DNA of 64,000 nucleotides from Lysobacterales bacterium (lineage in GTDB: Bacteria; Pseudomonadota; Gammaproteobacteria; Xanthomonadales; Ahniellaceae): assembly GCA_016182785.1 (NCBI GenBank), contig JACPFU010000024.1:1-64000 (forward strand). Reading direction: 5' to 3'. Positions 58,721 through 64,000 of the stretch are shown here, in pieces (position 1 is the stretch's first letter; every line of letters starts with the position of its first letter). The notes under the pieces are model-generated. The model was not told the origin of the DNA. It saw only the letters and a list, made by a program, of their open reading frames with translations, and made no database searches. Position numbers and translations under genes: made by a program.

Positions 58721-59965
58721 TCACGCCACCGCCGCGGGCCGGTGCGCCTGGTGCGAGGCGCGTTCGAGGGCGTGGTCGAGGCGGGCGAAGACGTCGTCGA
58801 CGAGTTCGGCCTGCGGCAGCAGGGTCAGGCGGAAGTGGGTGCGGTAGGGGACGTTGAAGCTGCTGCCGGGCACGAGCAGCACGTCTTCCTGTTCGAGCAG
58901 GTCGAGCGCGAAACGGTGGTCGTCGAAACCGGGCAGCAGGGTGGTGTCGATGCCGGGGAATGCGTACAGCGCGCCCATCGGCGTGACCAGGTTCACGAAC
59001 GGGCTGCGTGCGCAGGCGTCGACCACGGCGCGTCGCGTCGCGTGCAGGCGGCCGCCGGGCGCGGTCAGTGCGCCGATCGTGCTCGGGCCGAACAGCGCCG
59101 GCTGGATGGTCCACTGCGCGGTGACGTTGCTGCACAGGCGCAACGCGGCGAGCAGGTCAAGCGCATGGCGGTAGTCCTGCGCGCGCTTGAGGTAGCCGGA
59201 CAGGCTCATCCAGCCGACGCGCCAGCCGCAGGCGCGATGCACCTTGGACAGGCCGGAGAAGGTCAGGCACACGGTCTCGGTTGCCAGCGTCGACAGCGGC
59301 ACGAACTCGGCGTCGTCGTAGAGCACCTCGTCGTAGATCTCGTCCGCCATCACCACCAGGCGATGGCGCGCGGCGAGTTCGGCGATCTGCGCGAGCAGCG
59401 CGCGCGGGTAGACCGCGCCGGTCGGGTTGTTCGGGTTGATCACCACGATCGCGCGCGTGCGCGGCGTGATGCGCGCCTCGATCTCGGCGATGTCGGGCAC
59501 GAAACCGTTCGCCGGATGGCAGGGATAGTGCACGGCGCGGCCGCCGTTCAGGATCACGGCCGCGGTCCACAGCGGATAGTCGGGCGAGGGCACCAGCACT
59601 TCGTCGCCGGGATTGAGCAGGCCGCGCAGGGCGAGGTCGATCAGCTCGGACACGCCGTTGCCGACGAACACGCCGTCCGGCGACGCATTCGGCGCACCGC
59701 GCGCGATCTCGCGCATCGCGATCGCCTCGCGTGCGGCGGCGAGGCCCTGCTGGTGGCAGTAGGCATCGGACCTGGGCAGGTTGTCGCGCACGGCCTGGCG
59801 CAGGTGTTCCGGGGTTTCGAAGCCGAACAGGCCGGGGTTGCCGATGTTCAGCTTGATGATGCGCCGACCCTGCTGCTCCAGTTCGAGGGCGCGCCGCGCC
59901 AGCTCGCCACGGATTTCATAGCGGACTTCGGCAAGGCGGGTGGCGGTCTCGATCTGGTGCTGCAT
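58721..59965 (-). CDS. alaA: PLP-dependent aminotransferase class I/II (alanine aminotransferase AlaA-like)
   Basis: IKLNIGNP head, PLP lysine region FSGLSKVHRACGWRVGW, 414 aa. Confidence 0.8.
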   Translation of the reverse strand: MQHQIETATRLAEVRYEIRGELARRALELEQQGRRIIKLNIGNPGLFGFETPEHLRQAVRDNLPRSDAYCHQQGLAAAREAIAMREIARGAPNASPDGVFVGNGVSELIDLALRGLLNPGDEVLVPSPDYPLWTAAVILNGGRAVHYPCHPANGFVPDIAEIEARITPRTRAIVVINPNNPTGAVYPRALLAQIAELAARHRLVVMADEIYDEVLYDDAEFVPLSTLATETVCLTFSGLSKVHRACGWRVGWMSLSGYLKRAQDYRHALDLLAALRLCSNVTAQWTIQPALFGPSTIGALTAPGGRLHATRRAVVDACARSPFVNLVTPMGALYAFPGIDTTLLPGFDDHRFALDLLEQEDVLLVPGSSFNVPYRTHFRLTLLPQAELVDDVFARLDHALERASHQAHRPAAVA

Positions 59966-60212
59966 GGCGGGCTCTGGGGGTGTGGGTGGCCGATCGTAAC
60001 CAAGCGCGTCCGAGCTCGCGCACCTTCGCGCGTGCGCCCGCATTTCGCCCGCGCCGCGACCCAACGCTCGTCATGCATGACCTTCGTCCGGAAACCCCGG
60101 GCCGCCCCCGCGCATCTGAATCGCAGGCAACGAAAACCCGGGCATGACTTCCCGCCCATGGCGGAGGAATGCGCTGGTGTTATGGTTGCCTACAACACCA
60201 AAGGAGAACGCC

Positions 60213-60344
60213 ATGAGCACGTTTGAGAAGGTCCTGTTTGAAGCCCTGATGGACGTCATGGACAAGGTCTGGCACGACACCGAGAACGAAGCCCGATCCG
60301 CCGACGCCAGCGCCGCCGCCGAAACCGAATCCGAGTATCACTGA
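60213..60344 (+). CDS. small acidic protein (43 aa), hypothetical
   Basis: Good RBS AAAGGAGAAC 7 nt upstream of the ATG. Its stop TGA is 1 nt before the ATG of the RND adaptor gene, which suggests translational coupling. Confidence 0.3.
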   Translation: MSTFEKVLFEALMDVMDKVWHDTENEARSADASAAAETESEYH

Positions 60345-60345
60345 C

Positions 60346-61434
60346 ATGCGCAACCTGATGATCGCCCTGGCCATTTCCGCCGCGCTCGGGGCTGCCCTGA
60401 GCGGCTGCGGCCGTAGCGACGCGAAGCCGGTGGCAGCCGCGGATGCGCAGGAGCGCATCGCGGTCGAGGTGGCCTCGGCGCATCGTGGCGAGCTGGTGCG
60501 GCGCTTCAGTGGCACCGCTACGCTTGGTGCCGAGCGCGCCGCGAACCTGGTCAGCGAGACCGGCGGCGAGGTGCTGAAGATCTATGTCGAAGAAGGCGAC
60601 CGCGTGGTCGCTGGCCAGGTGCTGGCGCGCGTCGACGGCGAGCGCGCGCAGTTGGCGCTGGCGCAGACCGCGAGCGTGGCCAAGCGCCTGGACCACGAGG
60701 CCGATCGTGCCGACCGCCTGCTCGACCGCCACATGATCGCCGCCGACGCCGCCGAACGCGCCCGCTTCGAGCGCGACGCCCAGCGTGCGTCGGTCGACCT
60801 GGCCGCGCTCAGCCTGAGCAAGACCGAGATTCGCGCGCCCTACGCCGGCGTGATCACGCGCCGCCATATCAAGACCGGCCAGTGGCTGGCCAGTCATGCG
60901 CTGGCGTTCGAGATCGCCGACTTCAACGACCTGGTCGCCGACCTGCCGGTGCCGGAAAAGGAACTCGCCGGACTGCAGCCGGGCCAGCCGGTCGCGATCG
61001 CTGCCGACGCCTTCGGCGGCGAGTCCTTCCGCGGCACCGTCGAGCGCATCGGCGCCATCGTCGATGGCGCGAGCGGCACCGCGAACGTGCGCATCGATGT
61101 CGAGGAAGCCGACACCGCACTGCGCCCGGGCCAGTTCGTGCGCATCTCGATCGAGCGCGAGCGCATCACCGATGCCTTGCTGGTGCCGAAGTCCGCGATC
61201 GTGATGGACGGACGCAAGCCGCAGGTGTTCACCGTTGCCGAAGGCAAGGCGCAGCGCCAGCTGGTCAGGCTCGGCAGCGAGCAGGATGGCTGGGTGCAGC
61301 TGCTCGGCGGTCTGGTCGAAGGCAGCAAGGTGGTGACCCTGGGCCAGGCCACGCTCAGCGACGGCGACGCGGTGGTCGTGGTCGACGGCGCCACCGTGCA
61401 GGTTGCGTCCGAAGGCATCCGCAGCGCGCCCTGA
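60346..61434 (+). CDS. efflux RND transporter periplasmic adaptor subunit (HlyD/MFP family) lipoprotein
   Basis: Lipobox ALSGCG and biotinyl/lipoyl-like and beta-barrel MFP motifs (TEIRAPYAGVITRRHIKTGQWL). Confidence 0.8.
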   Translation: MRNLMIALAISAALGAALSGCGRSDAKPVAAADAQERIAVEVASAHRGELVRRFSGTATLGAERAANLVSETGGEVLKIYVEEGDRVVAGQVLARVDGERAQLALAQTASVAKRLDHEADRADRLLDRHMIAADAAERARFERDAQRASVDLAALSLSKTEIRAPYAGVITRRHIKTGQWLASHALAFEIADFNDLVADLPVPEKELAGLQPGQPVAIAADAFGGESFRGTVERIGAIVDGASGTANVRIDVEEADTALRPGQFVRISIERERITDALLVPKSAIVMDGRKPQVFTVAEGKAQRQLVRLGSEQDGWVQLLGGLVEGSKVVTLGQATLSDGDAVVVVDGATVQVASEGIRSAP

Positions 61435-61476
61435 AGTTCCCCCTCGACACGGGCACAGGGATCGTGCCCGCGTCGT

Positions 61477-61866
61477 CTAGCGCGCCGGCGACAGCCAGCG
61501 CAAGCCAAGGATCGCGAGCAGCGCGAAGCCGATCTCGGTGCAGGCCGCGAACCGCAGGAAGGCCGAGTCGCTGCCGTCGATGAACATCCCCGCGATGCGC
61601 GTGACTCCGACCGCGCCGTAGCAGGCGAGCGTCAGCCACAGGCCGTCGCGCCAACGTTCGCGGCGGCTCGCGCAGGCCAGGATCAGCGCACCGAGGGCGA
61701 TCTCGACGCCACCATAGAACGCACGCAGTTCGGTGGCCGCGACCGCGCCTGCGGTGACGACCCCGGCCAGCGCCAGCGTCTCGCGCGGCGCCCACAGGAA
61801 GGCCAGGCCGAAGCCGAGGAAGCAAAGCCCGGATAACCACAGCACGCCTGCAACCACGATGCGCAT
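61477..61866 (-). CDS. small 4-TM membrane protein (DUF4345-like)
   Basis: 129 aa with four hydrophobic segments. The rest of the 515-codon ORF is the shadow of rsgA. Confidence 0.45.
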   Translation of the reverse strand: MRIVVAGVLWLSGLCFLGFGLAFLWAPRETLALAGVVTAGAVAATELRAFYGGVEIALGALILACASRRERWRDGLWLTLACYGAVGVTRIAGMFIDGSDSAFLRFAACTEIGFALLAILGLRWLSPAR

Positions 61867-61941
61867 GTCCACCTCCGTGGCGGCACCGTATCCCCGCAGC
61901 GGTGAAGTGCGCGCATCGGCGGCGCTGCCTACAATGCGGTC

Positions 61942-63021
61942 ATGACCGATTCCGAGTTCCTGTCGACCCTGCGCCGCATCGGCTGGCGGGAACCCGTGCT
62001 GCCGCCGCCGCCGTTCGCATCGGCGAAGCTGGCGCGCGTGATCGTGCAGCATCGCAACGCCTTCGAGGTGCATGACGGTGCCGCGGTGCTGTGGGCGCGC
62101 ACCAAGTCCTCGGCGCGGCGGCGGGATCGTGACGACGCGCTGCGGCCTTCGGTCGGCGACTGGGTGTGGATGCGTCCGGCGATCAACGACGAGTGGCAGA
62201 TCGAAGCCTTGCTGCCGCGTCACAGCCAGTTGCGCCGCATCGCCGCCGGCGAGACCGGGCGCGAGCAGATCATCGCCGCCAACATCGACACCGTGCTGAT
62301 CGTCTGCGGCCTCGATGGCGACTTCAATCCGCGCCGCATCGAACGCTACCTGGCGATCGTCGGCGAGTCCGGAGCCGCCGCCGTTCTGGTGCTGACCAAG
62401 GCCGACCGCTGCGACGACGCCGACGCCAGGCGCGCCCAGATCGAGCAGCTCGCCGGCACGCAGGCCGCGGTGTACGCGCTCAATGCCAAGGACCGCAGCG
62501 AGGTCGCCCGGCTCGATCGCTGGCTGGTGCCGGGCGCGACCGTGGTGCTGGTCGGATCGAGCGGCGCCGGCAAGTCGACGCTGACCAACACCCTGCTCGG
62601 GGTCGAGAAGATGCGCACCAACAGCGTGCGCGAGAACGACTCGCGCGGCCGCCACACCACCACCTTCCGAGCGCTGATCGAGCTGCCCGGCGGCGCCTGC
62701 ATCATCGACACCCCGGGCATGCGCGAGATCAAGCTCACCGGCGAGGAAGCGGTCGAAGAAACCAGTTTCGCCGACATCGAGGAACTGACCGGGCAGTGCC
62801 GCTTCCGCGACTGCGCCCACGGTGCCGAACCGGGCTGCGCGGTGCGTGCGGCGATCGCGGACGGCCGCGTTGCGGCCGAGCGCTACGTCAATTACCTGAA
62901 GCTGGTCGGCGAGCGCGACGCTGCGCGCCTGCGCGCCAGCGAACACGAGAAGCGCGCCGCCGATCGCGTCGGCAACAAGGCGCTTGGCGCGCGCCTGGTC
63001 GACAAGTACGGAAAGCGCTGA
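61942..63021 (+). CDS. rsgA: ribosome small-subunit-dependent GTPase A
   Basis: Circularly permuted GTPase (G4 LTKADR before G1 GSSGAGKSTL) and a C-terminal zinc finger CRFRDCAHGAEPGC. Confidence 0.85.
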   Translation: MTDSEFLSTLRRIGWREPVLPPPPFASAKLARVIVQHRNAFEVHDGAAVLWARTKSSARRRDRDDALRPSVGDWVWMRPAINDEWQIEALLPRHSQLRRIAAGETGREQIIAANIDTVLIVCGLDGDFNPRRIERYLAIVGESGAAAVLVLTKADRCDDADARRAQIEQLAGTQAAVYALNAKDRSEVARLDRWLVPGATVVLVGSSGAGKSTLTNTLLGVEKMRTNSVRENDSRGRHTTTFRALIELPGGACIIDTPGMREIKLTGEEAVEETSFADIEELTGQCRFRDCAHGAEPGCAVRAAIADGRVAAERYVNYLKLVGERDAARLRASEHEKRAADRVGNKALGARLVDKYGKR

Positions 63022-63022
63022 C

Positions 63023-64000
63023 ATGCAAGACCGCGCCGACCTCGCCTACTTCGCGGCGCTGGATCGGCGCCTGGTCGAGGCGGTGCGCGGCATCCGCCTG
63101 CTCGACGCGATCAGCTGGCCGGCATCGGTGCAGCGTCGCTTCTTGGAGCGCTGGCGCAACGGTCGCCTGGATCTGCCCAGGATCGAATACGAGCAATACG
63201 ACTACAGCGAGGTGCGCGAGGAGCTGGACGCGATCCAGCACGAGGCGCTGTTCACCGACAACCACCCGATCGGCGGCTACGTGCGTCGCACCGCCGAGTC
63301 GTGGGAGATCGCGACGCGGCTGCTGGAATCGATCGGCACGCGCGACGTCAGCGTGCATTCGGCGGCGCTGTTTGGCAAGCCGGGCGACTTCCTGCCCGGT
63401 TCCGACTATCACAACATCGACGCCGCGCGGCACTTCATCGTGCTGGCGGACGAGCTGTCGAAGGAGCTGGCGACGCAGGAAGCCGACTACGTGATCTCGG
63501 CCGAGGCGATGCGCGAGGAATTGCAGCAGCGGCTCGACACGTTCTTCGTGCACCACCACGTGCGCGTCGAGGTCGACCCGAAGCTGACCGCCAAGGCCGC
63601 CGCCGGCACCACCCGCATCCGCCTGCGCGCCGACACCGGGTTTTCCGAATACGACCGTCACCAACTGCTCGAACACGAGGCCTTCGTGCATTCGCTGACC
63701 GCGCTGAACGGCCGCGCGCAGCCGCACCTCGCCTCGATGGCGCGCAACTCGCCGCGCATCACCGCGACCCAGGAAGGACTCGCCACCTTCGCCGAGCTGA
63801 TCACCGGCGCCATCGACATCCAGCGCATGAAGCGCATCTCGCTGCGCATCCTCGCCATCGAACGCGCGCTCGCCGGTGCCGACTTCATCGAGGTGTTCCG
63901 CTTCTTCCTCGACGCCGGCCAGAACGAGAACGACAGCTTCGCCTCCGCCGCACGCATCTTCCGCGGCGTGCCGGTCGAAGGCGGCGCCGCATTCACCAAG
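63023..64000 (+). CDS. flavohaemoglobin expression-modulating QEGLA-motif protein (DUF1704), 3'-partial at window end
   Basis: Contains the eponymous ITATQEGLATFAE motif. The ATG is 2 nt after the rsgA stop. The ORF runs off the window. Confidence 0.7.
   Translation, partial: MQDRADLAYFAALDRRLVEAVRGIRLLDAISWPASVQRRFLERWRNGRLDLPRIEYEQYDYSEVREELDAIQHEALFTDNHPIGGYVRRTAESWEIATRLLESIGTRDVSVHSAALFGKPGDFLPGSDYHNIDAARHFIVLADELSKELATQEADYVISAEAMREELQQRLDTFFVHHHVRVEVDPKLTAKAAAGTTRIRLRADTGFSEYDRHQLLEHEAFVHSLTALNGRAQPHLASMARNSPRITATQEGLATFAELITGAIDIQRMKRISLRILAIERALAGADFIEVFRFFLDAGQNENDSFASAARIFRGVPVEGGAAFTK

Noticed and set aside
1-64000. CRISPR arrays, rRNA, integrase/recombinase, phage structural genes, secretion-system ATPases.
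   Set aside because: Looked for direct-repeat/spacer periodicity, rRNA conserved blocks, tyrosine/serine recombinase motifs and large terminase motifs. None found. The only repeats are REP palindromes and the short gtrA-like duplication.

Overview
This is a high-GC (roughly 68-70%) gammaproteobacterial chromosome segment with Xanthomonadales-like gene content. The conserved backbone includes plant-type gshA, cytochrome c4, dsbA, tamA-tamB, slt, glmU, glmS, tesA/ybbA/ybbP, ubiJ-ubiB, cca, rsgA and three pseudouridine synthases. Three accessory patches interrupt it.

(1) About 15.4-20.8 kb: two tandem Pol-beta-type nucleotidyltransferases, then a ~1 kb non-coding stretch. That stretch holds a promoter/terminator-bounded structured RNA candidate and degenerate tRNA/tmRNA-3'-end-like scars. 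An SPFH protein and an mqsR/mqsA toxin-antitoxin pair follow.

(2) About 23.4-30.6 kb: a secreted Calx-beta metalloprotease, clusters of REP palindromes with a RAYT (IS200-like) transposase, an AbiEii/DUF1814 nucleotidyltransferase toxin paired with an XRE-HTH partner, and two secreted hypotheticals.

(3) About 46.9-50.1 kb: a Septu-like ABC-ATPase + HNH-like gene pair with an RDD membrane protein, wedged between tesA and a REP.

Three large Sec-signal proteins share a C-terminal ...GFE motif. The LPS/lipid-modification trio (gtrA/arnE-like, GT2, large membrane protein) carries a duplicated 3' gene fragment. No CRISPR array or rRNA was seen. Many long opposite-strand shadow ORFs in the track are GC artefacts. 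All identifications are by eye from motifs; no searches were run.
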